Part shown: positions 49,401-61,589 of the stretch, in pieces
Numbering within the stretch: position 1 is the first letter of the stretch
How the letters are laid out: each line of letters begins with the position of its first letter
Source of the DNA: Octopus bimaculoides
Lineage: Eukaryota
Reading direction: 5' to 3'
Assembly: GCF_001194135.2 (NCBI RefSeq)
Contig: NC_068983.1
Location: 122,068,765-122,132,764, forward strand
DNA length: 64,000 nucleotides
The notes under the pieces: model-generated
What the model saw: the letters and a program-made list of their open reading frames with translations, nothing else
The model's database searches: none
What the model was told of the DNA's origin: nothing
Translations under genes and position numbers: made by a program

Positions 49401-52400
49401 GGTAATGCATGATTAATTTGTATCAATATAAATAAATAAGCATTACATTTGACAGAGAAATATGAATGCTAAAGGGTTAACAATGAACTAACTATTAACT
49501 GCATGCATATATATACACATATGTAGATGGTATTATGAAAATTTAGTCTGCTTCAATAATATCAAGATACAATCACGGCACATATAAAAGAAACTCTTTC
49601 ACACTCCACATTTTCTGTTTAATCCACTATTAAAATCCTCAAACTCTCTACAAATGCTGGGTAGTCTTTTATGATGACCTCACATAGGTACTGTCATCAA
49701 AACTACATACCAAAGGGTAGGGTTACTTTCAGATTCAGAAAATTCTTTATTCTCAATCAGTTGCTGACTTTCTTCTAAGCTTAAGAGTGATTTATATTAA
49801 AGTATTGTTCAGATTATTTTGAATGGTATTGCTGTTGCACAAACAAGTATCTTAGGTTACATACATCAAAGATAATGTCAACCAACTGAAATTCTGTCAC
49901 CTCTCTCTCCCTTTTATACAGCTACTGTAATGGCCTTTTGCTCCTTGGATTTGGTTGGATTTGGTTTTGGCCTCACCTCGAGGTTTCACACTAATCACTA
50001 TACCTAATCTTTCCTTGACAGAACGTCAGTCCTCTGAAATTCTCTCTGTTCACATCTCTCCCATAGGTGTTGACTTATAATGGTTCAAGAGGAACATTAG
50101 TGGCCTCACTTTCATCAGTCTAAGGAGGTCCTACTAAAAGTCACTGACCCTTCCTGCACAGCCAGCAAGTAAAAGGAAAATGATGGGCAAAACTCACTTA
50201 TATGAACAGATTGTAACCACTAATTCACATACATACTGTTTCTATTTTTATCACTACTACAATAATGGCTTCTTCTTTTGCATATCACACTATATGTCAC
50301 CTTTTCTCAGATCCAACCAGTATACCAGCCTCTCCTTGTGTTTCACTGGCCTGAAACTCCATACTAAACAGTTTTCTAAACATTTTCTCCCACATCTGCA
50401 AACTTCTAGAATTCTCTTCCTTGACACATTTTTCCTTCAAACATTGACTTACAGATGTCTAGACGGAACATCAACTGCATTAATGTCATCAGTCTGGATG
50501 GTCTTCAAAGACCATGCACACTGCCCTTCATATACTATCAAACACACACAACATCTCTTTTTCACAGCTACAATTGTACTTCACTTCAATAGTCACTGAA
50601 TTTTATCAAAACTATTTTTGAATCAGTTGTTTTTTCTCTTATCTTTGCTTTATAACTTGAGCAATCTGAAGACCTTGGTTATTCTGTTTTCTTCCAGGAA
50701 CTCAACACCAAGTAGACCATCATATCTTTCTAATGTTCAGTCACATGGTAAATAATCTGAATTTATTTTCTTTGTTGTTTTCCCTATATTTAAAAAGTTT
50801 AACTTTGAAAAACAAAGCAAAGAAAAGAAACTAAACATTTATAAATAGATAATAAAATATCTTGAAATTTTAATTTCAAGTCTACTAAGTACATTGCTTT
50901 CTTGTTTTTTAATTACAAAGTACAAGGAAGTATGGACAATTCAATTCCTATATGATGATGTCAATAGGATTGTAATGGAAATGTTCAGCAATCGCCAGAT
51001 GTTGCAATTTGCTAGAATATTGCCCACATGATAAACAAAATATTATTGATTTTGTACACAAAAACAAATGTTGTTGTTACAAGAAATGACAAAACATTCA
51101 GAGAGCGTTTGTTCTTGGTGTAGTTGTAACAACAGATAAAGTGTTGTTAGTTGTTTGCCAGCCACTAACTTATAATGTCATTCGTCATCTGACAGTTCAT
51201 TGCCTTTGTGTTGTCAACTGCTGTCCACCATCTCTGTTGGCCAACTCCTTCAGTGTTTGTCAATGCTCTTTCTTCTGCATCTTAAAACTCTGTCTAGTAG
51301 TTACAATATACTGAATTTATACTGGTTGATAGGTTCAGAAGGAAATGTGCCAAAAGAAAAGATTGTCGTTAGAGCCTATTTGATGTAAAGCTGTGGTTGG
51401 TCAGATTTTGTTGGTCATATGGGCAATATTCTACTGAATTGTGACAGCGGACAATTGCTGAATATTCCCACTATATGATTGATTTTTAGCATAACCTTTT
51501 GTTGTTTGATACTTGTAGAGAAAGTTTGAGCCAAGAGGTCCAGTGAGTTGCAATTCTGAAGAGGGAAAATTGAGAAAAATATTTAGTATAAGTTTTGGGA
51601 ATGCGACATATCAGAAAAGACAAGAAGTCAAGTGGCTGGTGTATCAGATGGCCTTCAGTGAAAGTAGTCAAAGTTTACTAATTCAAAGTGCTGGGAACTA
51701 TTCTAGTAATGACAGAAGAGACAGAAAAGGGCACAGTATTCTGTAGCATGTTAATATAAAAGATAGTCGATAGCTTCCGCTATCTGGGCGACCAAGTTAG
51801 TAGTGGGGGTGGGTGCGCTGAAAGTGTAGCTGCTAGAATAAGAATAGCCTGGGCAAAGTTTAGAGAGCTCTTACCCCTGCTGGCGACAAAGGGACTCTCA
51901 CTCAGAGTAAAAGGCAGACTGTATGACGCATGCGTACGAACAACCATGCTACATGGCAGTGAAACATGGGCTGTAACTGCTGAGGACATACGTAAGCTCG
52001 CAAGGAATGAAGCCAGTATGCTCCGTTGGATGTGTAATGTCAATGTGAATACCCGTCAGAGTGTAAGTATCTTNNNNNNNNNNNNNNNNNNNNNNNNNNN
52101 NNNNNNNNNNNNNNNNNNNNNNNNNNNNNNNNNNNNNNNNNNNNNNNNNNNNNNNNNNNNNNNNNNNNNNNNNNNNNNNNNNNNNNNNNNNNNNNNNNNN
52201 NNNNNNNNNNNNNNNNNNNNNNNNNNNNNNNNNNNNNNNNNNNNNNNNNNNNNNNNNNNNNNNNNNNNNNNNNNNNNNNNNNNNNNNNNNNNNNNNNNNN
52301 NNNNNNNNNNNNNNNNNNNNNNNNNNNNNNNNNNNNNNNNNNNNNNNNNNNNNNNNNNNNNNNNNNNNNNNNNNNNNNNNNNNNNNNNNNNNNNNNNNNN

Positions 52401-55400
52401 NNNNNNNNNNNNNNNNNNNNNNNNNNNNNNNNNNNNNNNNNNNNNNNNNNNNNNNNNNNNNNNNNNNNNNNNNNNNNNNNNNNNNNNNNNNNNNGGCACA
52501 TAAAAGACACCATTTCGAGCGTAGCCGTTTTCGTGCGGGTGACACGTAAAAGCACCCACTACACTCTCTGAGTGGTTGGCGTTAGGAAGGGCATCCAGCT
52601 GTAGAAACTCTGCCAAATCAGACTGGAGCCTGGTGTTGCCATCCGGTTTCACCAGTCCTCAGTCAAATCGTCCAACCCATGCTAGCATGGAAAGCGGACG
52701 TTAAACGATGATGATGATGATGATGACATTGACATTGGGAAACAAACTGTGGGTGTTGAAATATAGCTGATTTATAGCTGATTGAATTAACCACAGAACA
52801 TACTGGGTTATCATTCTCTTGAAAGTTGAAGTCAATCTTGATACAATTTCAACTCAAGATGTAAAGAAGGGAAGCTAAATGCTACAAACTAAATACTAAC
52901 ATCCTACCAGTTTTGCTAATCTGGCAACTGATGATCAATAATTGTTTCTAATTTAAGCATAAAACCAGCCAGCAGTTTTGAGAGGGGGAGGGCCTCATTG
53001 ATACCAGTACTTGATCGGTGCTTTATTTTATTGACATTGGGCAGGATTTGAGCTCGAATAGCCTGATCAATTAGGCATGTATAAGGCAGGACAAAAATTT
53101 TTATTACTGTTTCTATATTGAAACATAAATATTGTTTGATTTTAAACTGTTGTTTTTGTTTTTAAAATAGCTTCACCTTCATTATCTCCACGGGAGAATA
53201 TGTCCATGTATTCAAGAACCACTCCAAATCAGCAGTGAGTACATTTTATCATGTGTACATAACCACATCTGATATTCAAAACTTAGAGACTTTTCTACTT
53301 CATAACCTACATAGGATGGAACTCTTAATTTTGACATGTTCTTGTTAAATATTTATCACTAGTTGCAATACTTAAGAAAAATTTACTTCATTAATTTCAC
53401 CACTGTAGTAGCCAATTTACATATACAAATCTGCATTTGTCTATACATATATACATACATGTATATAGGTGTATCTGTAAGTGTATATGTACGTTCTTCC
53501 TTCTCTAGCCTACATGTTTATTTTCTGTTGGGATCTCTACACCGTTGTTTGACCTGTTAAAAATAGTACACACTAACACTCCAAACATTCTCCTTGATCT
53601 GTTTCACACTTCCTAACCCATCCTCTACCAGAACAAACTTATCTCTGCATCTATCAGATCATCCAAATGCTGGTTATTGCGACTATTCATCACACATTTG
53701 CATTCTACACTAGTGGTTCTCAACCATTTTTTTTTGTCTATGGACCCCTTTTGACTACTATTTGTTCTGGTGGACCTCAATGTTTAAAAACTATTTTTAT
53801 AGATACATCATTTAGCATCTACTTTTCTTGCTGGCATGGGTTAGACGGTTTGACTGGAACTGATAAGCTGGAGAATTGTACCAAGTTCTAATCTGATTTG
53901 GCATGGTTTCTACAGTTGGATGCCCTTCCTAATGCCAACCACTCTAAGAGTGTGATGGATGCTTTTTACATGCCACCAGCATGGATGCTTTTATGTGCCA
54001 CCAACATAGACACCAGTTATTTGACACCAGCCGTGACTACAATTTCACTTGGCTTGATGAATCTTCTCAAGCACAGCATATTGCCAAAGGTCCTGATCAT
54101 GTCATCACCTCCATGAGGTCCAATATTTAAAGACCATGCTTCACCACCATGCTTCTTTCAAAATTCCTATTTCATTTTTCGTATGTTCACTTGTATAGGT
54201 TTGTAATAGGACTTTCTGAGAAAACATGTTTCAGTTGCCAGAAACATGTTAAAATGTATAAAAACCTTAGAGAAAGAGACCTAGCTGTCTCTTGCAATAA
54301 ATACATCCAAAACAAAATCTTTTTCGTGGATTCTTAAAATACTACTGCAAATCCCCAATTTACTAGTTTGTCTGCGCAGACCCCCAAAAATCTTATATGG
54401 ACCCCAGTTGAGAACCACTTCACTACACTATACTCACCAACTCCCAGGTCCTGTGGCATTTTAAGTCAGCTGACTGGTCACATTTCTGCCAGTTCTAGGT
54501 CAACTGGCCCTGACAGTGTATATTCTTTCTCTTGACCCATCTGAAACAATAAAACTTTTTATGGTACACATCATTTTTTTTTTTCTTCATCTCAGAAACA
54601 CATTCCCTATTCAATACAGATTCACTTTATATAGTAACTGTCCCTTTTTTAAATTGCCTGTATGACTCTTTTGTTACCATATTCCTGTTGGAATACACTA
54701 TCTTTGTTTCAGTTAACTTTGAAAATAATGAAGAATACAGTAAAATAACTTTGTAATTATTATATTTGGAATATAAGTTAAATGGAAATTTTGATAGAAT
54801 AAAGGCAACAATGTAATGGAAAGTGCAAGGAATATTAATGCAATATATGGGGATCGGACAATAAGTGCAAGCCAGTGACAATGGTGATTCCAGAAATTCT
54901 GAGCCAGAAACAACAGCCTAGATGATGAGCCTCGTCCTGGAAGATCTGTAGAGCTCAATGAGGACATCCTGAAAACCCTGGTGGAACAAAATCCCATTGT
55001 AACTGATGAGGAACTAACAGAGAATGTTAGATTTGATCTTTCAACCATTCATTGACACCTGTGTGCCATTAGAGAAGTCAGCAAATTGGGTTAATGAGTT
55101 CCTCACAAACTTTCCAAGTCTAATCGTGTGTAGAGAGTGAATGTGTGCTCTTTTTTGCTGTCACATCTCACCAATGAACCATTTTTGGATTGAATAGTGA
55201 CTGTGATGAGGAATGGGTTCTCTATAAAAATGTCAAGTGCCGAAGACAGTGGGTAGGGAAAGGAGAAACAGATTAGAAGTTTTGAATTGTGACAAAGCAT
55301 AATTTTCATTTAGTATTAATTGAAATTAAAGGTGAGTATAAAGAGTAGGATCCCTCTCAACTGCATTTATTATTATATTCTATTATTTATGTTACATTTA

Positions 55401-56549
55401 ATTCCATTATTTATATTATTTATATTGGCTTCAAATTTTAGCACAAGACCAGCAGGTTTGGGGAAGGGACTAAGTCAGTTAAATGAACCCCACTGTTTAG
55501 TTGGTATTTGCTTTATCGACCCCCATAGGCAAAGTTGATTCTGGTGGAATTTGAACTCAGAACGTAAAGGTAGATGAAATGTTACTAAACATTTTGCCTG
55601 ACATGCTAATGATTCTCCCAGCTCACTGCCTTAATTTCATTATTTATATTGCATCTATTCTTGTAAATTTATGTATGTTTACACCAACACATACCTCAAT
55701 ATAAATATAAATTACCCCTGTGATAAAATTAACAAATTCGTATGACTATTTTACTAAATTGCACTAAGATTTTATTATTTTTCTTCCAATAGATCACTTC
55801 TACCAGATGTCAGAATCTCACAGTCAAATATGGTGATTTTTTTTTTTTTTTTTACTTACTTCCTATTTGCAGACATGAATGTAATTAGAATATAATTATC
55901 TTTGAAAAGTTGTTGATTCTATTTCTTTTATGAAAAGCAATCATAAACTTTACAGCTCCATATCAACCAATCCCTACATTTAGTTAAAAGCAATCCAAAA
56001 GATTATACTTTCACTACTCAACTATAGGAATAGTCATCTCACTTCTCATGAAAGTTGCTCTCAATAAACTTGCTTCTCTTATTTTGTTGAGATCCTTGGA
56101 AAGCTAAGTTGGCTTAAGTGAAGATTTGAATTCAGAATTAAGAGGCAGTAAATAAACTTGGATAATATTTCAGGAATGAAAAAAAAAAAAAGGAAATACA
56201 AAAACAAAAAGCAGTCTAATGTTTTTACTTTCAGACTTATCCTACATCCAAATATTTTACGTTTTAATTTTTGGATGTTAAATGATGGTGGTGTTGGTTG
56301 TGGCAGTGGTAGTGGTGGGGATTTGTACAAGCTTTAGCAATTATCAAGATTATAATTTTCCAAACTGTTAACTTTATCTATAGGAATGGTTGTGTGGTAA
56401 GAAGCTTGCTTCCCGACCACATGATTCCAGGTTCAGTCCCTCTGCGTGACATCTCACACAAGTGTCTTCTACTATAGTCTTGGGCTGACCAAAGCCTTGT
56501 GAGTGGATTTAGTAGATGGAAACTAAAAGAAACCCGTTATATATATATG

Positions 56550-56612
<63 letters not shown>

Positions 56613-59588
56613 CTTTGTGTCTGTATTTGTCCCCCACCACTGCTTGACAATTGGTGTTGGTGTGTTTACATCCTTGTAACTTGGCAGTTCAGCAAAAGTG
56701 ACTGATTGAATAAATACCAGGCTTTAAAAAAAAATAAGCCCTGTGGTTGATTTGTTCATCTTAAAGACCTTTCAATGTGGTGCCCCAGCATGGCCACAGT
56801 GAAATGACTGAAATAAGTAAAAGATAAAAGATATAGACACTGTTTTGTTCAGTTTGACTTCTGATCTTAATCAGGTGTTTTATTCCTGGATGTGGCTATG
56901 ATCCAAAACTATATTCAAACTAGGAACCTTTATTTCTAAACTAAAGGTAGCAATGTATGTATCTTATACCTTATTGTCCAGTTACTTAGTGGATAAGCAT
57001 ATTACTACCTTTAGTTAGGAAATAAAGGATTCTTAGTTCAAATCTTGTCCATGACTATGTACAAATCCATGAATAATAGATGAAATCTTGTTTATAAATA
57101 TTATAAATATACACTCTAAAGATGAGTTTGATAACATTTCATCTTAGATATTTACCTTTTTGCAACTGTCTTATGATTTTCAGGTGTTTAACAGTAACAG
57201 CCTAGGAATACCAATGTCCTTCCGTACTCCACCATCTCAAAGTACATCTTCAGAAATGGTTGGTATTGTTTTATTGATTTTGTTATACACACGTGCGTGC
57301 GTATAAATTATTAGTTGTCCTTAGGGCTAACTGAAAAAAAATGCACACTCTAAAAAAAATAAAACAGTTATATTTTTATATTGTTGAGCAGTATATTTCT
57401 AGTTATAGCATATAACTTGGTTAGAATGTTACTAATGGTTCCATGCTGACTATTGCACTTGGCAATAGACAACTCCTCAAACCAGTATTTTGAAGCCTAA
57501 TTTAGCCTTTAGCACACTGCATTTTCTCTAGAATTGTTTACTGCCCTGTTAATACATGGGAGTAAACTCATATGATGATATGATGCACCTTCAGTGTGCT
57601 AAAGGTTAAGTCAATCTCTTAAAATCTGTATCTTTCATGTTCTGATTACTACATTTCTGCTGCACAGCTTAGTGACTGTTATTAGGTTTGTAGTCTCTGA
57701 AGATGATCAGGTTATCAGCTTTACACTTTGTGAGTCCTGAGGTAGCTTATTAAGCCAATTTTTATATGAAATCTATGGTTACATTGGAGGAACAGAATAG
57801 GGAAGTCAGGAACCAGTTGGACACTTACTTTCTGTGCAGTCCTCCTCTCTTTAACTTCTCTGGTCATATCTGATTCTGAGTGTTTTACTCCAAAGTACAC
57901 AGCACTATGTCACAGTGAGTGATCTTGAGCAAGATATTTACCAGTAGACTGTTCTATGTTACACTTTTTCAAGATTGTTTTGAGCATGCCTTTGTAACTC
58001 TTCTTTGGTTCACCACACAACTGAAAGTCAACTGCTCGTTCACCAAAGATCTGTTTGGGGAGTCTGGAGTTAAGATATGCTATATATCTACTCCACCACA
58101 GCTGGAATTTGCTTTTTCTCTGATATCCTAAAACCTCAATAATTGCTTCCATTTTCCTACTTTTGTCCCTATATAAATATATTTCACACAATCTATCTCT
58201 TTTTAATTCTTGGCATCCCTTATGTTACGATAACGAAAAATTCAGATAAGCAAACCTCTGACTTTTCTTCCCTCTTCCAAATATCCTCCATTCATTCAGT
58301 CATAACTAACATATTTAACAATCACTAAACACTGGAACCTGTCAAATGTCTGGTACATGAGACACTCTTCTATTTGTGTATTTCTATTTCAGGGAGGAAA
58401 TTATTTCCCTCCAATGCCAAGTAGAGTTTCCATTCGAACACCTCCATCTCAGGGCCGAATTGGTAAGTTACTTTCAAATTGTTTAATGAAACACAAACTC
58501 ATAAAACAAAGTAGTTAGTGAAGAATATTTTATTCCATAAATGTTTGGCACATTTGTTACTATAAACTTGCAAGATAGACGACTGTGCTGGTATGGTCAT
58601 GTGGTGAGAATGGATGAGGATAGCTGTGTGAAGAAGTTTCACATCCTAGCAGTTGAGGGAACCTGTAGAAGAGGTAGATCCAGGAAGACCCGGGATGAGG
58701 TGGTGAGGCATGACCTTAGAACATTAGGCCTCACCAAGGCAATGACTAGTGATCAAGACCTCTGGAAATATGCTGTGCTTGAGAAGACCCGGCAAGCCAA
58801 GTAACCAGCCCACTTATGCGTACCTTTCCTTCATTGGACACTAAACTTAATATTTTGAAGGTAGTTAGCCTTGGCCTCAGAACAACGAAGCAGTAAAGCA
58901 TGTCAGTATAAAGAATTGTGGCAAGTGAAATTGAAATCAAATTCTATGACAGCACCGCATGACTGGCACCTGTGCCAGTGGAGCGCTAAGAGCACCATCT
59001 GAGCATGATCGTTGCCAGGGTTGCTAACTGGCTCCTGTGCCCGTGGCACCTAAAAAGCACCGTTCAAGCGTGATTGTTACTAGCGTCGCCTTACTGGCAC
59101 TTGTGCCAGTGGCATGTGGAAACAAACATTCAAGCGAGATCGTTACCAGTGCCGCTGGACTGGCTCCTGTGCAGGTGGCACGTAAAAAACACTATTTGAG
59201 CATGGCCATTGCCAGTACCACCTAACTGGCCCTCGTGCCGGTGGCACATAAAAGCACCCACTACACTCTCGGAGTGGTTGGCGTTAGGAAGGGCATCCAG
59301 CTGTAGAAACACTGCCAGATCAGATTGGAGCCTGGTGCAACCATCTGGCTCACCAGTCCTCAGTCAAACCGTCCAACTCATGCCAGCATGGAAAGCGGAC
59401 GTTAAATGACGATGATGATGATGATGATGATGAATCATCTTTTTTTTTTTAATTTTGTTTGTAGCTGCAACAGTGTTATAATATGAGTCAACTAATATTT
59501 TACTATATTTTCCAGATAGTCCTCATGCTCCAGTAGTGAGCATGAGTCCATCATCAGCTGTGTTGGAATTATCAAAGAAGTTTACTAG
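36640..59588 (+). CDS. RNF212: RNF212/RNF212B-family meiotic RING (SUMO/ubiquitin) E3 ligase, Zip3/ZHP-3-like; 13 coding exons, ~273 aa, terminal exon uncertain
   Basis: Joined exons give [11 protein letters not shown]...[11 protein letters not shown]...CKMC (C3HC4 RING), then [17 protein letters not shown], a coiled coil, and an S/P/T-rich tail with [13 protein letters not shown]. This is the family layout. RNF212 versus RNF212B cannot be resolved by eye. Confidence 0.88.
37413..38231 (+). mobile_element. RTE LINE 3' end inserted in a (TA)n tract, with N gap
   Basis: Encodes [21 protein letters not shown]...[17 protein letters not shown]. Confidence 0.93.
38287..38348 (+). CDS. RNF212: RNF212 exon 2 ([21 protein letters not shown])
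   Basis: ttacag|GG...AAG|gtttga; completes the RING. Confidence 0.9.
38543..39011 (+). mobile_element. RTE LINE 3'UTR, related older subfamily
   Basis: Same tail; longer array of gttgccagt/gtggcac modules; matches the 58570 copy. Confidence 0.85.
39080..39860 (-). mobile_element. Internally deleted mariner element
   Basis: TIRs TTGGGTT(G/T)GCAACTAAGTT with TA duplications; HTH region ([31 protein letters not shown]) fused directly to [10 protein letters not shown]. Confidence 0.92.
40651..41046 (-). mobile_element. SINE family A nested inside a family B SINE (40604-41195)
   Basis: Full-length reverse copy that interrupts the B element right after aaaatgctta. Confidence 0.85.
42187..42261 (+). 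CDS. RNF212: RNF212 exon 3 ([25 protein letters not shown])
   Basis: tttcag|ATG...CAG|gtaatt. Confidence 0.9.
42464..42520 (+). CDS. RNF212: RNF212 exon 4 ([19 protein letters not shown]), GC donor
   Basis: ttgtag|GTC...AAG|gcaagt; the frame of the next exons requires the GC donor. Confidence 0.88.
43251..43486 (+). mobile_element. RTE LINE 3' tail
   Basis: Near-identical tail plus (GAC/GAT)n. Confidence 0.9.
44415..44482 (+). CDS. RNF212: RNF212 exon 5 ([23 protein letters not shown])
   Basis: tgctag|GTG...AA|gtatgt; coiled-coil-like. Confidence 0.85.
44960..45420 (-). mobile_element. Tc1/IS630-like transposase remnant
   Basis: [29 protein letters not shown] resembles the first catalytic D segment; no TIRs found. 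Confidence 0.55.
46156..46213 (+). CDS. RNF212: RNF212 exon 6 ([19 protein letters not shown])
   Basis: tttcag|G GAG...AAG|gtaact; coiled-coil-like. Confidence 0.87.
46665..47266 (+). mobile_element. Two adjacent RTE LINE 3' ends (46665-46945 older, 47000-47266 younger); another degraded tail at 44566-44708
   Basis: Each ends in the family tail and GAT repeats. Confidence 0.82.
48170..48189 (+). CDS. RNF212: RNF212 exon 7, 20-nt microexon (GLNAGSR)
   Basis: tattttcag|GGT...AG|gtaaga; needed to keep phase between exons 6 and 8. Confidence 0.75.
48418..49096 (+). mobile_element. Internally deleted mariner element
   Basis: 30-bp TIRs TGAGGTGGTATCAAAA(A/T)GTTCCCAGACTAG with TA duplications; [44 protein letters not shown]. 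Confidence 0.92.
50698..50747 (+). CDS. RNF212: RNF212 exon 8 ([16 protein letters not shown])
   Basis: cttccag|G AAC...G|gtaaat; phases consistent. Confidence 0.75.
51761..52726 (+). mobile_element. RTE LINE, 5'-truncated, with N gap
   Basis: Uninterrupted [39 protein letters not shown]...[30 protein letters not shown]. Confidence 0.93.
53171..53234 (+). CDS. RNF212: RNF212 exon 9 ([20 protein letters not shown])
   Basis: aaatag|CT...CA|gtgagt. Confidence 0.75.
53711..54420. mobile_element. hAT MITE carrying a nested - strand RTE tail (~53806-54150); related short copy at ~46236-46460
   Basis: TIR AGTGGTTCTCAAC; flanks ttctacac/cactacac. Confidence 0.78.
54860..55300 (+). mobile_element. 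Mariner (Hsmar1/Mos-like) transposase remnant
   Basis: [48 protein letters not shown], with stops. Confidence 0.75.
55793..55832 (+). CDS. RNF212: RNF212 exon 10 ([13 protein letters not shown])
   Basis: caatag|A TCA...ATG|gtgatt; bridges phase 2 to phase 0. Confidence 0.65.
56383..56831 (+). mobile_element. SINE family A
   Basis: Head, internal microsatellite and tail all present. Confidence 0.85.
57184..57258 (+). CDS. RNF212: RNF212 exon 11 ([25 protein letters not shown])
   Basis: tttcag|GTG...ATG|gttggt. Confidence 0.75.
57860..58140 (-). mobile_element. Degraded RTE (BovB-like) LINE C-terminus
   Basis: [10 protein letters not shown]...[20 protein letters not shown]...LAQDHSLW. Confidence 0.65.
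58393..58462 (+). CDS. RNF212: RNF212 exon 12 ([23 protein letters not shown])
   Basis: tttcag|GGA...G|gtaagt; resembles the family R-x-S-x-x-[ST]PP-x-x-GR motif (from memory). Confidence 0.82.
58570..59433 (+). mobile_element. RTE LINE 3' end, older subfamily
   Basis: [20 protein letters not shown]...[14 protein letters not shown] then modular UTR and tail. Confidence 0.9.
59516..59588 (+). CDS. RNF212: RNF212 exon 13 ([24 protein letters not shown])
   Basis: ttccag|AT...AG|gtaatt; open in the required phase. Confidence 0.68.
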
Positions 59589-61449
59589 GTAATTGAATTC
59601 ATCTGCTCATTTTAAACAATAATATAATACTATTAGCACTTATTTCACTTACAAGAGATTCATTAGATCCACATATACCTTATTTCCAACTATATTAAAT
59701 TTTATCTGGATTTGTTTAGGGGAGGTGTGGATCTGCTGATTTTCACATTTTCTTGGTTCTTTTCGGTATTTTCTTCACTTTACAATCACCACTACCACTA
59801 CCACCCTCATGACCATTAGCACCTCTCAATATTAAGAATTTGAATTCATTCGATTTATCTGTACTCTAAGGTGACTGTATAATCCTATGTTCAATCTCAG
59901 AGAACATTGACAATGAGAATATGAAAACTGGATTGTAGCTGGGTCTCAGGATCGTTACTGCCAGCCTGCTTCCCTCCATCAGTGTCTATAATGGTCATTA
60001 TCTATATTGATTTTTATTTACATCTGTCTATGACCATAAATTATTGGTGTGGGGGCAGGAGTGTAGTCAGTTGAATCAATCTCAGTTTAAAACCAACACT
60101 TATTTATTGATTCCAGAAAGCTGAAAAACATTTGCAGAATCCCAAATTCTACAGCATTTTAAATATTAGAATAACTTTTTTTTTTTTTTTGATTTGGTGG
60201 CAGAGCTCCAAAGTAATCAGCTTGATACCCTAAGTATCTTTTTCTCTATTTTGGTCAATCTGATATTAATTTTATCAATCATAGGCAAATATTTAGGCTA
60301 AATTAACTGAGGCAGAATTTAAAGCAGAGAACCACAGACCCAAATTTGTCATCAGCATCTATTAATTCTCCTTAAACTAATTCTGTCTCTGCTAAATTAC
60401 AGTTCCATAAAATTTGGATTCTTTTCTAAATATGATTTCACTTGTACTTTACATATAACTTTGATAATGCAATTAGGATTCTTTTAGAGTAGAGCCAGAA
60501 GATACTCAAATATTGAAGACAGATGGCTTAGCAGTTACGCATTGTGTGAGCTGATATGGTAGCCTCTATCTAGTTGTTTGATGAACTAGAAATAGACGCT
60601 AACTCTCCTTTGAATCACTCCCTACTGTGTTTAAAAAGGAAGGTTAAATTAGGTAATCTGGTCTTAGACTCACTATATTTTTTGGAATTCTCTCTCTTGC
60701 TATGTTTTTTGTGCAGTAATCAACTTGCAGCTGCTTAAGAGGAACATCACCTGTACCGATCTCACCCACCTTGGAGGACTATGGACTCCACTCCTTTCTT
60801 TAGATCAAACAGTTTAAAAAATAAATCTGGAATGAAAAGAAGATAGCCACAATTAGAATACCTTTGATCACTGGTCTTCTAGACTAGAGCTGACTTGGGG
60901 ATAAATAGCAAGAATTACATATTGAATGCAAGGGTAATCTGTACAGATTTAACAATTGACAATTCTTTATACTGACATGCTTTACTGCTTCCTTGTTCTG
61001 AGGTCAAGGCTAACTACCTTCAAAATATTAATTGACAACATAATCTACAGATTCAGGTGTGAAGCAGCAGCATTCTCACTTTTACTTTTGGATGAGATGT
61101 TGGAAAAGGAAGAACTTTACTAATGCTTCTCTTTTTTCCTTATTTCTTATTGTATTACATATGTAAAAGGTTGATAGTTGCAATAGAGACATTAGTCTCT
61201 CTCTATCACCTTTCAACAAAATTATATATTAAGAAACAGTAGAACAATTAATAACATAATAAAAATAAGTTTTATTTTTGGTGATGCTTGGTTTTACAAA
61301 TCCTGTGTCATTCAGCTTAGCAGCCGCTGGTTGACTTATAATCAGCATTGGAAGGTTAAGGGCTCCGTTGATGCATGCCAGAGGAGAAAATAGCTGTCGC
61401 TTCGAAGGCATCGTGTTAAAGAGAGTTAGAAAACGAAAGTAGCTCTTTA

Positions 61450-61565
61450 AGTACTGGTTTTACTACGCATGCGCACTCGAGGGGCTTCCGGGAAGGCAAG
61501 TCCCTTGTGCATGTGTAGATTGTACTTCCTCAATGGCGGCCATAATTTCGCGCCACTACACATAG
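61450..61565. promoter_or_regulatory. Housekeeping/cell-cycle-type promoter motif cluster
   Basis: ACGCATGCGCA (NRF1-like, 61465), CTTCCGG (ETS, 61485), AATGGCGGC (YY1-like, 61532) and TTTCGCGC (E2F, 61546) within ~90 bp, CpG-rich. Confidence 0.6.
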
Positions 61566-61589
61566 TTATTAAAGTATATTAAGATGCAT

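Noticed and set aside
1034-59588. U12-type introns
   Set aside because: No GTATCC/ATATCC donors among the 29 donors examined.
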